Positions 28,458-38,579 are shown, counted from the stretch's first letter. The stretch is 48,955 nt of DNA from Elusimicrobiota bacterium (GCA_043813605.1 JBDRKX010000032.1:1-48955), one strand, 5' to 3'. Notes: a model not told the origin generated them from the sequence alone. Program-made: numbers and translations.

Positions 28458-28486
28458 CTTATAGCAAATTTAATAATTTTTTGCAA
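28458..28486 (-). promoter_or_regulatory. Sigma70 promoter of rimP-nusA-infB operon
   Basis: TTGCAA 28486-28481, 17 nt spacer, TG-extended TATAAG 28463-28458. Confidence 0.55.
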
Positions 28487-28562
28487 ATATCCGGATAGCA
28501 TATGAAAACTATTATGTATTTTAATAAAATGTATCAAAGAAACTGCTTGATATATTAATAAT

Positions 28563-28994
28563 ATGAATAGCTGGTATCTGGAATATATATCAAGGGTGAC
28601 ACCGTCCGAAATACTGCCCGGTGTTATATACTTTCTTGAGGGACTAAAGGCCGAGGGTATTAAAATTGCAGTCGGTTCGGCCAGCAAGAATGCACTCACT
28701 ATTCTTAAGCAGATAGACATGGAAGGCTATTTTGACGCAGTTGTTGACGGCAGGAAAGTATCACGTGTCAAACCTGATCCGGAAGTGTTTATATTAGCCG
28801 CGTCCGAACTGGCTTTGGTGCCGGTTTTTTGTGTCGTATTTGAAGATGCCATAGCGGGGGCGATAAACGGCAACATGAAGAGCGTTGGCGCGGGTTCTTC
28901 CGATGTGTTGGGAAAAGCGGATATAGTGATACCTGGATGTTTCGATTGCTATCCTTTCATCTTTATAGACTCCTGCTGGGATAGGGTATCTTAA
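28563..28994 (+). pseudogene. 5'-truncated beta-phosphoglucomutase (HAD) remnant
   Basis: ILPGV, GSASKNA, KPDPEVF, VVFEDA present; N-terminal DxD motif I absent; in-frame TGA at 28548-28550. Confidence 0.75.
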
Positions 28995-29006
28995 AGCAAC
29001 ATGTAA

Positions 29007-29378
29007 TCAATGGTATACCGGCCGGCGGCGTTTCATTTTCTCCGGCAGGTTTTTCCTGCCTAGAAACCTTACTTTATTTACAAAGCCTTTAACAAAAGTC
29101 ACTTCGTATCTGTTATCATTTACTCCGGAAGTTATCAGGTAGTGCCAGTGTATAATGTTCTTTTTATTTTTGACTTCTCTTATTATGTTCTCCGGAGATC
29201 CCCATGGAGTCCTGACCATTTCCATTGTCATACCGCTAAGGACATCTCCGTTCAGAATAGCTCTCTTGTGTTCGCTGTTGAGTTCAGGGTGGGAAGAAAC
29301 ATAATCAATCCTTTTCTGCTGCAGGGTAGCACAACCTGAAATGACAAAAAACAACAGTATTATATAACTAAAATTCAA
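29007..29378 (-). CDS. Small lipoprotein, SmpA/BamE-like fold
   Basis: Lipobox VISGC; 'GMTMEMV..PWGSP...WHY...VTF'; GGAGG before TTG. Confidence 0.65.
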   Translation of the reverse strand: MNFSYIILLFFVISGCATLQQKRIDYVSSHPELNSEHKRAILNGDVLSGMTMEMVRTPWGSPENIIREVKNKKNIIHWHYLITSGVNDNRYEVTFVKGFVNKVRFLGRKNLPEKMKRRRPVYH

Positions 29379-29486
29379 ATGCGACTGCCTCCGTAATCGT
29401 TCAAATGCCTCTTGACTTTAATTCAGAATATCATAATCATGATTTATTTTCAAGTTAATTTTATATATAAAAAGAACCCATATTTT

Positions 29487-29515
29487 TTGACATTTTTATA
29501 AAATTAATATATATA
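29487..29515 (+). promoter_or_regulatory. Putative rpsT promoter
   Basis: TTGACA 29487-29492, 17 nt spacer, TATATA 29510-29515 in an AT-rich region. Confidence 0.5.
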
Positions 29516-29584
29516 TATTCTACTGGAAATCGAATCGCGGTATAAAACCGCTTTCTTTTATCATAAGAAGGAGTTATCTAAATA

Positions 29585-29872
29585 ATGACAAAATTACCTA
29601 CAGGCAGGCATACACAGACAATAAAGTCGGATGGAAAAAACAGAGAGCGTTATCTCCGTAATAAAGCATTACGTTCAAGAGCGAAAAACTTTATCCGTAA
29701 GATAAAAGATGCACTCGACAATGGGAAAATCGAAGAAGCAAAAAAACTGCTTTCAGAAGCATCCGGCTACATAGACAAAGCGGCTGTTAAAGGGGCCATC
29801 CATAAGAAAAAAGCATCAAGGCTCAAGAGCCGTATTTCAAAGAAGATCAACCATTCAGGAATCGGAAAGTAA
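29585..29872 (+). CDS. rpsT: 30S ribosomal protein S20
   Basis: RNKALRS, IDKAAVKGAIHKKKASRLKSRI; convergent overlap with holA. Confidence 0.95.
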   Translation: MTKLPTGRHTQTIKSDGKNRERYLRNKALRSRAKNFIRKIKDALDNGKIEEAKKLLSEASGYIDKAAVKGAIHKKKASRLKSRISKKINHSGIGK

Positions 29873-30812
29873 AATTCTCAATAAGCAGATTTTTGTCTGC
29901 CGATACCGTTTTAAGCTGGCAGTCCATTTCATGAAGCCGGTTATAACTCTCGATAAGATCGATGAGGGTAAATTTTTTCAACCTTTCATTCAACCCCCTG
30001 TACAGGTAAGGAGATAGATTCATCCTGCTTATGATATCTCTTTCAGAAAGACCTTTTTCAATATGTGTTCTGGCAATGATCATCTGTTGAAGTTTCCATT
30101 TCAGCATACCGGTGATCTGCAGCGGTTCAGTCCCAAAATTAAGCATTTCATTAAGCAGACGCAGCGCTGTTTTTTCGTTATGGTCTTCTAATGCATTAAG
30201 GAATGCGAATATATCTTCTTTTCTATACGAACCTGCCACGGCTTTCACTTCTTCTATTCCGTACAGGTTTTTTTCGGGATAAGCAGTAAGGAGTTTCTCA
30301 ATCTCCTTGGTTATATTGTGAAGATTCCTGCCGCAATAGAATGCAAGCAGATTGGCGGCATCATCCGAGATGCGTCTGTTTTGCCGTGAGATGCTCTGTT
30401 TTATCCATCCCGGCAGTCTGTTCTCGTAGGGAGTATCGATCTTTATGGGAGCGATTTTCCTGAAACGTCCGCTTTTTTCACATTCGATGACTAATATGTT
30501 CGGGGGATCGTCTTTCTTGTAATAATCGGTCAGAAAATCCCTGAACGCTTCCGATGTCATCAATGAATCCCCTCTTTTTATAACAATAAAGCCGGTCTTT
30601 GAAAGCAGGCTTCCGCTTGATGCAATGGAAATAATACTGGAATAATCACTTTCTTTTCCGTCTAGGGTTTCGCTGTGACAGCTTCCATGTGTGTCCGAGA
30701 GCAGACTAAGAAGTTTTTTTTCAAAGATATCTTTGGTATAAGTATCATCGCCCGTGAGAATATACACAGGTTTGAGCTTGCCCGAGATGATTTCCGTATA
30801 GTCTACTCCCAT
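29847..30812 (-). CDS. holA: DNA polymerase III delta subunit
   Basis: KPVYILTGDD, EIEKL, IFAFLNAL; leuS-lptE-holA synteny. Confidence 0.9.
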   Translation of the reverse strand: MGVDYTEIISGKLKPVYILTGDDTYTKDIFEKKLLSLLSDTHGSCHSETLDGKESDYSSIISIASSGSLLSKTGFIVIKRGDSLMTSEAFRDFLTDYYKKDDPPNILVIECEKSGRFRKIAPIKIDTPYENRLPGWIKQSISRQNRRISDDAANLLAFYCGRNLHNITKEIEKLLTAYPEKNLYGIEEVKAVAGSYRKEDIFAFLNALEDHNEKTALRLLNEMLNFGTEPLQITGMLKWKLQQMIIARTHIEKGLSERDIISRMNLSPYLYRGLNERLKKFTLIDLIESYNRLHEMDCQLKTVSADKNLLIENFTFRFLNG

Positions 30813-31342
30813 CCGTATATTGTCCTGTGAAGTATCTTTTTTGCGGTATCTTCGAGTAATCTCTGCCGGGCTTCTTCCTCGGTTTCGATAAACGGGGCAT
30901 CAGGCCTTACATCATAAGTTACGGATGTTTCAATACCGCCTGTATGATCTTCTCTTATATCTTCCCACAGTCTGACACCATTTATATGATCATAGAACCT
31001 GATATTCACGATTAAAGTTATCATATACTGCTGAGCTACAAAATTCTCATCGTATCCCAGAGGTGCCTTGGAATAATTGATGATCGTACCTTCAAGTGAT
31101 GAATCGGATTCTTTTGTATTGACGACCGTCAGCCTGCCTTCTCTGACAAATTCATCAGTAACTTTTTCTGTGAGCGCAGAAGTAAGCTCTATCTGTTGCG
31201 TCTCGTTTCTAAATGTTTTTATATTGAGGGTCCTGATATGGTCAGGAACTACTTCAATAGGATTATATACCCCGCATCCGGAAAAAAAACCTGCAGCGGC
31301 CAGCATTACGATTACTCTGTTGATTTTTATAAATGTTTTCAT
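30803..31342 (-). CDS. lptE: LptE-family lipoprotein
   Basis: Lipobox FSGC; 'HIRTLNIKTFRNET...LEGTIINY'; between leuS and holA. Confidence 0.75.
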   Translation of the reverse strand: MKTFIKINRVIVMLAAAGFFSGCGVYNPIEVVPDHIRTLNIKTFRNETQQIELTSALTEKVTDEFVREGRLTVVNTKESDSSLEGTIINYSKAPLGYDENFVAQQYMITLIVNIRFYDHINGVRLWEDIREDHTGGIETSVTYDVRPDAPFIETEEEARQRLLEDTAKKILHRTIYGWE

Positions 31343-31353
31343 TGTTTTACCTC

Positions 31354-33783
31354 TTATTTTACTACAATATTAACTATTTTATTAGTAATATATATTTCTT
31401 TTATTATTTCTCTGTTCTCTGTAAATTGCAATACCCTCTCGTCTTTATGTGCCAGTTGAAGTACTTCTTTTTCTTCGGTTTCAGGAGAGATACTTATCTT
31501 GGAACGCAGTTTACCGTTAACAGTGACAGGGACTTCTATGCTGCGGGTACTGTCCGACAGGATGGTCTCATCATAAACCGGCCATTGCTCACTGTCGAGC
31601 AAACTGCTATGCCCCAGGATTTCCCATAACTCATTGGAGATATGAGGAGCGAAAGGTCCAAGCAGATTGATAATGGTATTTATACCGGTACGCCTTTCAG
31701 GTGAACCGGGGTTGTATCTTTTCAGTTCATTCATAAGTTCCATTATACGGGCTATCGCTGTATTAAAGTGGAATTCCTTGGCAATATCGTGAGTGACTTC
31801 TTTTATCGTCTTATGTAATATAAAATTGAATTCCGCATTACATTCAGCGGTACCAGGCAGCGGTTTATATTCTTTTTCCTGGAGTGCCAGAGTCCATAGT
31901 TTCTTAAGAAACCTGAAAGAGCCTTTTATTCCCTCATCAGACCATTCCAGATCCTTTTCGGGTGGTGATGAGAACAGTATGAACAGCCTTGCCGTATCGG
32001 CGCCGTATTGAGAGTTTATCTCATCCGCGTCTACCGCATTGCCTTTCGATTTACTCATTTTTGCACCGTCTTTAATGACCATCCCCTGGCATAAGAGGTT
32101 TTTAAACGGTTCTTTGAATGAAACAAGACCTATATCGTAAAGTGCCCTGGTGAAAAATCTGGAATATAAAAGATGAAGAACTGCATGTTCTATTCCTCCT
32201 ATATACTGATCAACGGGAAGCCAGTTGTTTACATCTTCTGTAATGAATGGAAGCTTATCTTCCCGTGGACTTATATACCTTAAAAAATACCAGGAACTAT
32301 CGACAAAAGTATCCATGGTATCAGTCTCTCTTACTGCAGACCCACCGCACTTATGGCACTTTACATATTTGAAACTTTTACTGGTTTCAAGGGGATTTCC
32401 CATTCCCGTAAACTCGACATCAACCGGCAGGGCCAGGGGAAGATCCTTTTCTCTCAGGGGCAGCATGCCGCAGGAAGGACAATATATAACAGGTATCGGA
32501 GTACCCCAATACCTTTGCCGTGAAATGAGCCAATCGCGGAGTTTATACTGTATAGAGTGCTTACCCAATCCTTTCTCTTCAAGATATTCCGTTATAAGTT
32601 TTTTTGATTCGTTTGAATCTACTCCGTCAAATTCTCCTGAATTTACAAGAGCACCTTCTTCCTCGTAAGCACATTCGCCGGAATATTTTATGTCTCGCCC
32701 TCTTATCACTTCGATAATATCGAGTCCGTATTTTTTTGCAAACTCAAAATCCCGCTGGTCATGTGCAGGTACGGACATTATAGCACCGGTGCCGTACTCC
32801 ATGAATACAAAGTTCGCGGCATACACGGGAACAGCTTTGCCGTTAATAGGGTTGATAGCATTTACTCCGAGATAGATTCCTTCTTTCTCCTTAAGGTCCT
32901 TCTCTCTGATGGATGTAGTGACAGTTTTATCGATAAAGCTCTTTATCTTGTCTCTATCACCTTTTGCGATTTCCATTATATCAGGATGCTGTGGAGCCAT
33001 AAGGAGAAATGTCGCGCCGAAAAGAGTATCCGGCCGCGTTGTAAAAACCGGTAAGTTGTAATCGGATCCTTCTATCTTAAAATCTACAACAGCCCCTTCT
33101 GATTTTCCTATCCAGTTTTTCTGTTGAGTCTTAACGGCTTCGGGCCAGCCTTCGAGAGTATCGATAGCATCCAGAAGATCATCAGCGTATTCGGTTATTT
33201 TGAAATACCATTGTTCTTTAACTTTTACTTCGACATCGGATGAACACCGCCAGCATTTTCCTCCCTCGACCTGTTCATTTGCAAGTGTCGTATTGCATGA
33301 GGGACACCAGTTTATAGCGCCTTTTTTTCTATATGCAAGTCCTTTCTCGAACAGTTTCAGGAATATCCATTGGTTCCAGCCATAGTATTCCGGCTCGGCA
33401 GTACTGATCATCCTGTCCCAGTCATAACTCAACCCGAGGCGTTTCTGCTGTCTGATCATTTCATCAATACAATTCCTGGTGAAAGATGCCGGATCTAAAT
33501 GACCCTGTATAGCAGCATTTTCCGCCGGCAGTCCCATGGCATCATATCCCATAGGATAAATTATCTCATAACCGTTTCTCCTTAAAAACCTCGCATAAGT
33601 GTCACCTATTGCATAATTACTTACATGGCCCATATGGAGCTTGCCCGAAGGATACGGGAACATCTCGAGGAGATAAAATTTATTTTTTTTATCCGAAATA
33701 CTCGTTGAAGTTTTAAATAATTGTTCTTCTTCCCATTTTTTCTGCCATTTCTCTTCTATTATTTTAGGATTGTACTCTTTCAT
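31354..33783 (-). CDS. leuS: Leucine--tRNA ligase
   Basis: MFPYPSGKLHMGH, FTTRPDT, SRQRYWG, KMSKSKGN. Confidence 0.99.
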   Translation of the reverse strand: MKEYNPKIIEEKWQKKWEEEQLFKTSTSISDKKNKFYLLEMFPYPSGKLHMGHVSNYAIGDTYARFLRRNGYEIIYPMGYDAMGLPAENAAIQGHLDPASFTRNCIDEMIRQQKRLGLSYDWDRMISTAEPEYYGWNQWIFLKLFEKGLAYRKKGAINWCPSCNTTLANEQVEGGKCWRCSSDVEVKVKEQWYFKITEYADDLLDAIDTLEGWPEAVKTQQKNWIGKSEGAVVDFKIEGSDYNLPVFTTRPDTLFGATFLLMAPQHPDIMEIAKGDRDKIKSFIDKTVTTSIREKDLKEKEGIYLGVNAINPINGKAVPVYAANFVFMEYGTGAIMSVPAHDQRDFEFAKKYGLDIIEVIRGRDIKYSGECAYEEEGALVNSGEFDGVDSNESKKLITEYLEEKGLGKHSIQYKLRDWLISRQRYWGTPIPVIYCPSCGMLPLREKDLPLALPVDVEFTGMGNPLETSKSFKYVKCHKCGGSAVRETDTMDTFVDSSWYFLRYISPREDKLPFITEDVNNWLPVDQYIGGIEHAVLHLLYSRFFTRALYDIGLVSFKEPFKNLLCQGMVIKDGAKMSKSKGNAVDADEINSQYGADTARLFILFSSPPEKDLEWSDEGIKGSFRFLKKLWTLALQEKEYKPLPGTAECNAEFNFILHKTIKEVTHDIAKEFHFNTAIARIMELMNELKRYNPGSPERRTGINTIINLLGPFAPHISNELWEILGHSSLLDSEQWPVYDETILSDSTRSIEVPVTVNGKLRSKISISPETEEKEVLQLAHKDERVLQFTENREIIKEIYITNKIVNIVVK

Positions 33784-34348
33784 AGTATAAAAAAAACTCC
33801 TGGTTTCCTTTCCGGCCTTTTACATCAGCAAAGTAAGAACCCATAAAATCCCAATTATCATCTTTTACCGAAGTCCTCACTTCATCTATGACCCTGGCAT
33901 GTATAGCAGGATCAGTTATTATGCCTTTACCTCTGGATGTTTCAGTATAGCTGGCTTCAAACTGGGGTTTTATCAGCGCGATGATCTTTTCCTGTACAAT
34001 TCTGAACATGACAGGCAGGATTTTTCTGAGAGATATAAAAGAAACATCTACAAGTCCTATATGCGGAGCCTCTTCAAAGGAATCCGGTTTAAGGTCCTTG
34101 GCATTGGTATCTTCCATTACTGTCACTTCTGAGAGCTTGCGCAGTTTCCAGTCAAGCAGGCCTTTCCCAACATCAACAGCATATATTTTCCTTGCACCTG
34201 TAATAAGCATCATCTGAACAAAACCGCCGTGTGAGGAACCTACATCCAGAACCACTTTGTTTTTTGCGTCAAGCTGTATTTTTTTGATAACGCTTTTTAG
34301 TTTCAAAGCTCCCCTTGAAACATAAAAGTCATTTGCCTGACGGTTCAT
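33764..34348 (-). CDS. tlyA: TlyA-family RNA 2'-O-methyltransferase lacking the S4 domain
   Basis: YVSRGALKL, LDVGSSHGGF, DVSFISL, LIKPQFE, GNQEF; in-frame TAA three codons upstream of the ATG. Confidence 0.85.
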   Translation of the reverse strand: MNRQANDFYVSRGALKLKSVIKKIQLDAKNKVVLDVGSSHGGFVQMMLITGARKIYAVDVGKGLLDWKLRKLSEVTVMEDTNAKDLKPDSFEEAPHIGLVDVSFISLRKILPVMFRIVQEKIIALIKPQFEASYTETSRGKGIITDPAIHARVIDEVRTSVKDDNWDFMGSYFADVKGRKGNQEFFLYYERVQS

Positions 34349-34472
34349 GTGGCTTTATATAAAAGATCAAACGGCCCATATACAGTATATATTATAGAAA
34401 AATATCCCCGTTTTTTGTACCCGATATTTGCAGTTTGAGGATCTAAAAGCTCCATCTTAAAGAGATTGAAAT

Positions 34473-36332
34473 TCAGGATCTTCTTGCCCGTGTAAGCAGT
34501 TCCTGTGCCGTATTGCAGATCCCTTCAGGATCAAGGCCCAGTTTATGGTGCAGTTCCTTGATAGTACCGCATGAAATAAACGAATCCGGGATAGCAATAA
34601 TAGCTGTAGCGGCCCTGTCACCGATAATGCGTAATACCCTTTCACCTACACCGCCTTCAATAATATTTTCCTCAACAGTAAGTACGACTCCTGTTGATTC
34701 CGCCTTTTCTATGATAAGCTCAGTGTCCAGAGGTTTCGCAAACCTCAGGTCTATTACGCCGGCCTGGATACCTTTATCGCTGAGCATCTTTGCAGCATGA
34801 AGTGCGCTGTTCACCGGGGTACCTATTGCCATAATAGTCATATCGCTGCCTTCTCTCAGAACACGGCCTTTTCCGATTTCCAGATCAATATATCCGGTAG
34901 CCGGTTCCTTACCCTCGATATTTCCCCTGGGATATCTTATGGCTGTAGGTTTGTTCCATTTTGTCGCGGAGTACAACAGGTTCCTTAGTTCAATCTCATC
35001 AGAAGGGGCAGCAACAACCATATTAGGGATGGCTGAGATAAAAGAAAGGTCGAATATACCGTGATGAGTCGGACCGTCTTCTCCTACAAGCCCGGCCCTG
35101 TCTATAGCAAGAATAACAGGTAATCCCTGCAGTGCAATATCGTGTATTATCTGATCATATGCTCTCTGGAGGAAGGTGGAATATATGGCGCATACAGGTT
35201 TGAGCCCCTGTGTTGCGGCGCCTGCGGCAAATGTAAGGGCATGCTGTTCAGCTATACCGACGTCGTAAAACCTTTTGGGAAATCTTTCTTTGAACTTGGA
35301 AAGTCCTGTTCCACTGGTCATGGCCGCTGTTATTGCGATTATATCCTTGTCTTTTTTGGCAAGTTCTACAATTGTATCACCGAATACATCCTGGTATTTA
35401 GGGATATAATCACCGTTCATAGAAGGTTCACCGGTTTCGATGTCAAAAGGGCTTGTGCCGTGAAAGTATTCCGGATTGTTTTCAGCCGGTTTATATCCTT
35501 TGCCTTTTTTTGTTATCACATGAAGAAGAACGGGTCCGTTCATGTTCTTGACCTTATCAAGTATATGTATAAGCCCGTCCAGATCATGACCGTCAACCGG
35601 ACCGAAGTATTCAAAACCGAGTTCTTCAAAAAACATGCCGGGTGTCAGTATGACTTTGGACCTTCTTGCGATCTTTATTATTTCCTCACCCCATTTCGGA
35701 TGTTTCTGAAGTATCTTCTTTAACTTCTCTTCAATCTTGTAAATAGGTTCAAATGTAAGAAGGCGTGTGAGATATTCTCCCAGCGCGCCAACCTTCCCGG
35801 ATATAAACATCTCGTTGTCATTGAGTATTACAAGCATGTTCTTTTTTAAGTGACCGGCATTATTGAGTCCTTCAAATGCCAGTCCGCCGGTGAGTGCCCC
35901 GTCTCCTATAACAGCAATAACCCTGTAGTCATCTCCATTATGGTCTCTGGCGCAGGCTATTCCAAGAGCAGCTGAGATGGATGTAGAAGAATGTCCGGTT
36001 CCAAAAGCATCGAATTCACTCTCAGATCTGTTCGGGAATCCGCTTATTCCGCCAAGTTGTCTTAATTTGGTGAATCCGTCTCTCCGGCCGGTTATTATTT
36101 TGTGTGCGTATGCCTGGTGGCCGACATCCCATATTATTTTATCCTCCGGTGTATCCATGGTGTAATGGAGTGCGACGGTGAGTTCAACCACACCGAGACT
36201 GGGAGCAAGGTGCCCGCCATTTTTGGCAGTTGTGGTAATAATCATTTTCCTGATCTCATCAACTAACGGATTGAGCAGTTTCCTGTCAATTATTCTGAGA
36301 TCTTCGGGTTTATCTATCTTATCCAGTATCAT
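34473..36332 (-). CDS. dxs: 1-deoxy-D-xylulose-5-phosphate synthase
   Basis: GGHLAPSLG, WDVGHQ, GDGA...NDN, GIAEQH, GEDGPTHHG. Confidence 0.98.
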   Translation of the reverse strand: MILDKIDKPEDLRIIDRKLLNPLVDEIRKMIITTTAKNGGHLAPSLGVVELTVALHYTMDTPEDKIIWDVGHQAYAHKIITGRRDGFTKLRQLGGISGFPNRSESEFDAFGTGHSSTSISAALGIACARDHNGDDYRVIAVIGDGALTGGLAFEGLNNAGHLKKNMLVILNDNEMFISGKVGALGEYLTRLLTFEPIYKIEEKLKKILQKHPKWGEEIIKIARRSKVILTPGMFFEELGFEYFGPVDGHDLDGLIHILDKVKNMNGPVLLHVITKKGKGYKPAENNPEYFHGTSPFDIETGEPSMNGDYIPKYQDVFGDTIVELAKKDKDIIAITAAMTSGTGLSKFKERFPKRFYDVGIAEQHALTFAAGAATQGLKPVCAIYSTFLQRAYDQIIHDIALQGLPVILAIDRAGLVGEDGPTHHGIFDLSFISAIPNMVVAAPSDEIELRNLLYSATKWNKPTAIRYPRGNIEGKEPATGYIDLEIGKGRVLREGSDMTIMAIGTPVNSALHAAKMLSDKGIQAGVIDLRFAKPLDTELIIEKAESTGVVLTVEENIIEGGVGERVLRIIGDRAATAIIAIPDSFISCGTIKELHHKLGLDPEGICNTAQELLTRARRS

Positions 36333-36333
36333 A

Positions 36334-37113
36334 TCAATAATTTCTGTTTACTACATATTCAGAAAGTTCTTTCAGTTTTTCTGTCCCAGGAATAGTTCCC
36401 AGTGCCTTTTTAGCGGCGTTTACAAAATTGCTGGCTTTAGCCTGTAGTTCCCGGTTCTCTGTATACTCTGAATCGAGCAGATCGTCCTTAAGCTGAAACG
36501 CCCTACCAAGATTTATACCATACTCTGATAATTTGTCAAGTGACGGTTTATCCAGACCGCCTGCAATTCCTCCCATAACAGCAGCCGCTCTGAAAAGGCA
36601 TGCAGTTTTAAGATCATTGATATAGTCGATATCCGGTTCGGAATTAATGTCAGCGGCCTGACCGGCAACCATGCCTTCACAACCCGCATTACGCGCAAGT
36701 TCAAAGGCAAGATTTTCCCGTCCGGTCAATGACAGCAGATAGAAAGCTTCGGTAAGCAATGCGTCTCCTGCAAGTATAGCCATAGCCTCACCGAACTTTT
36801 TATGGGAAGTAGGTTTGCCTCTCCTGACACTGTCATCATCCATAGACGGAAGATCATCGTGGATGAGCGAATATGTATGAATATATTCTATTGCAGTGAT
36901 TGATTTATCGAGGACATGCTCGGCGGGTTCTCCGATTTCAGCCGCCCATTTCATAAGGATGGGCCGCACCCTCTTCCCGCCCGAAAAGACGGAATACTCC
37001 ATAGCTTCATAGAGTGGGTGATATATGACGCTGATCTTTTTCTCCAGTTCCTTTTTGATGATAGCGTCTATGAGCTCTTTTTCTCTTGCGAGAAGTTCTT
37101 TGAATTCAATCAT
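36334..37113 (-). CDS. ispA: Polyprenyl (farnesyl) diphosphate synthase
   Basis: GGKRVRP, SLIHDDLPSMDDDSVRRG, GQAAD, FQLKDDLLD; ATG 37113 overlapping xseB end preferred. Confidence 0.93.
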   Translation of the reverse strand: MIEFKELLAREKELIDAIIKKELEKKISVIYHPLYEAMEYSVFSGGKRVRPILMKWAAEIGEPAEHVLDKSITAIEYIHTYSLIHDDLPSMDDDSVRRGKPTSHKKFGEAMAILAGDALLTEAFYLLSLTGRENLAFELARNAGCEGMVAGQAADINSEPDIDYINDLKTACLFRAAAVMGGIAGGLDKPSLDKLSEYGINLGRAFQLKDDLLDSEYTENRELQAKASNFVNAAKKALGTIPGTEKLKELSEYVVNRNY

Positions 37114-37366
37114 CTTCTTCAATTTTAAAATCTCCTTCCCTGAAACCGTCTTCATCTTCAATGAGTATTTTTATTTTTTTTTCAGCTGCAGCAAGTTTTT
37201 TATTACATGTTTTTTTTAGTTTCATACCTTCTTCGAACAGCTTAACAGATTCCTCCAGTGTGAGTGCGCCGCCCGAAAGTTTTTCTGTTATTTCTTCAAG
37301 CTTCTCTAAAGCATTTTCAAAGCTTTCTGTGTCCGGCTTCTTTTTCTTTTGAGTCATATCATACAC
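37106..37366 (-). CDS. xseB: Exodeoxyribonuclease VII small subunit
   Basis: SFENALEKLEEI...LEESVKLFEEG. Confidence 0.95.
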   Translation of the reverse strand: MYDMTQKKKKPDTESFENALEKLEEITEKLSGGALTLEESVKLFEEGMKLKKTCNKKLAAAEKKIKILIEDEDGFREGDFKIEEDD

Positions 37367-37370
37367 CTTC

Positions 37371-38579
37371 CTATACTTCTGTTTTTGATATCCTGCTTGT
37401 AACCGTTCCTTTATACAGAACGGTCTTCAGCGTGTCACCATTTTTAAGTTTTGTTGCATCGGTAATAATACTTTTTAAATCCGGGCTGTAAGTGATACTG
37501 TATCCGCGTTCCAGGGTAGCTTTAGGTGAAAGAGCCTTGAAACTTCCTGATACTGTATCAAAAAAGCTGTGCATGGAAGAAATAAAATACTTTATATTTT
37601 TTACGATATGGCTTGACACATGGTCTATATCTTGTTGTCTCTCTTCGAATATCCTGAGAGGGTATCTGAACACCGGCGATTCAGAAGATGCAAGATATCT
37701 CTCTCTCATAAGGGAGATTATACGGTTTATGGAATTGTGTATATGTGAAACCAAGCCTGACAGCTTTTCTATCAGAATTTTACGGTCAGCAATAACAAGT
37801 TCGGCTGCAGCCGAAGGTGTCGGGGCCCTGAGGTCAGCGGCAAAGTCGGAGATTGTGAAATCAATTTCATGGCCGACAGCCGATACTACCGGTATTTTTG
37901 AAGCATGAATGGCGCGGGCAACAGATTCTTCGTTGAAAGGCCATAAGTCTTCAAGGGAGCCTCCTCCCCTGGTAACAATAATCACATCCATATCGCTATA
38001 CATAATGTTAAGTGTTTTAAGACCTTTGGATATTTCCTGCGCTGCTTTCGACCCCTGTACAGTTGCAGGATAGATCACTGTTTTTATACCGGAGAACCGT
38101 CTTTCGGCGATATTTAATATATCGCGTATAGCGGCGCCTGTAGGAGAAGTTATGATCCCGATAAGAGAAGGTACTGCCGGTATGGGTTTTTTTATCGATT
38201 CATCGAAAAGCCCTTCTTTGAGAAGTTCCCGCTTCAGTTCGAGGAATCGCTGTTCGAGCATACCGAGTCCTTTTTCTGTCATTGTCCAGGCGATAAGCTG
38301 GTATCTGCCTCCCCTTACATATATGCTCAATTGCCCTTTAATGAGCACGCTCATTCCGCGCTGGGGCTTAAAGTTGATCTTTGAACCGTATCCGCGGTAC
38401 ATCACACAGTCCACAGCCGCATCTTCATCTTTTATTGTGAAATACATATGTCCTGACGAGTGGAAAGTGATCTTTGATACTTCGCCTTCCACCAATACTG
38501 AAGGAAAGTTATCTTCCAGAATTTTTTTTGAAAAACTGTTCAGTTCAGTTACAGTGAATATTTTTCCTGTAGAGTTCAT
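37371..38579 (-). CDS. xseA: Exodeoxyribonuclease VII large subunit
   Basis: SGHMYFTIKD, RGGGSLEDLWPFN, GHEID, RAPTPSAAAE. Confidence 0.97.
   Translation of the reverse strand: MNSTGKIFTVTELNSFSKKILEDNFPSVLVEGEVSKITFHSSGHMYFTIKDEDAAVDCVMYRGYGSKINFKPQRGMSVLIKGQLSIYVRGGRYQLIAWTMTEKGLGMLEQRFLELKRELLKEGLFDESIKKPIPAVPSLIGIITSPTGAAIRDILNIAERRFSGIKTVIYPATVQGSKAAQEISKGLKTLNIMYSDMDVIIVTRGGGSLEDLWPFNEESVARAIHASKIPVVSAVGHEIDFTISDFAADLRAPTPSAAAELVIADRKILIEKLSGLVSHIHNSINRIISLMRERYLASSESPVFRYPLRIFEERQQDIDHVSSHIVKNIKYFISSMHSFFDTVSGSFKALSPKATLERGYSITYSPDLKSIITDATKLKNGDTLKTVLYKGTVTSRISKTEV

Noticed and set aside
28439..28720. Minus-strand 93-aa ORF upstream of rimP
   Set aside because: Antisense to the pgmB remnant and runs through the rimP promoter
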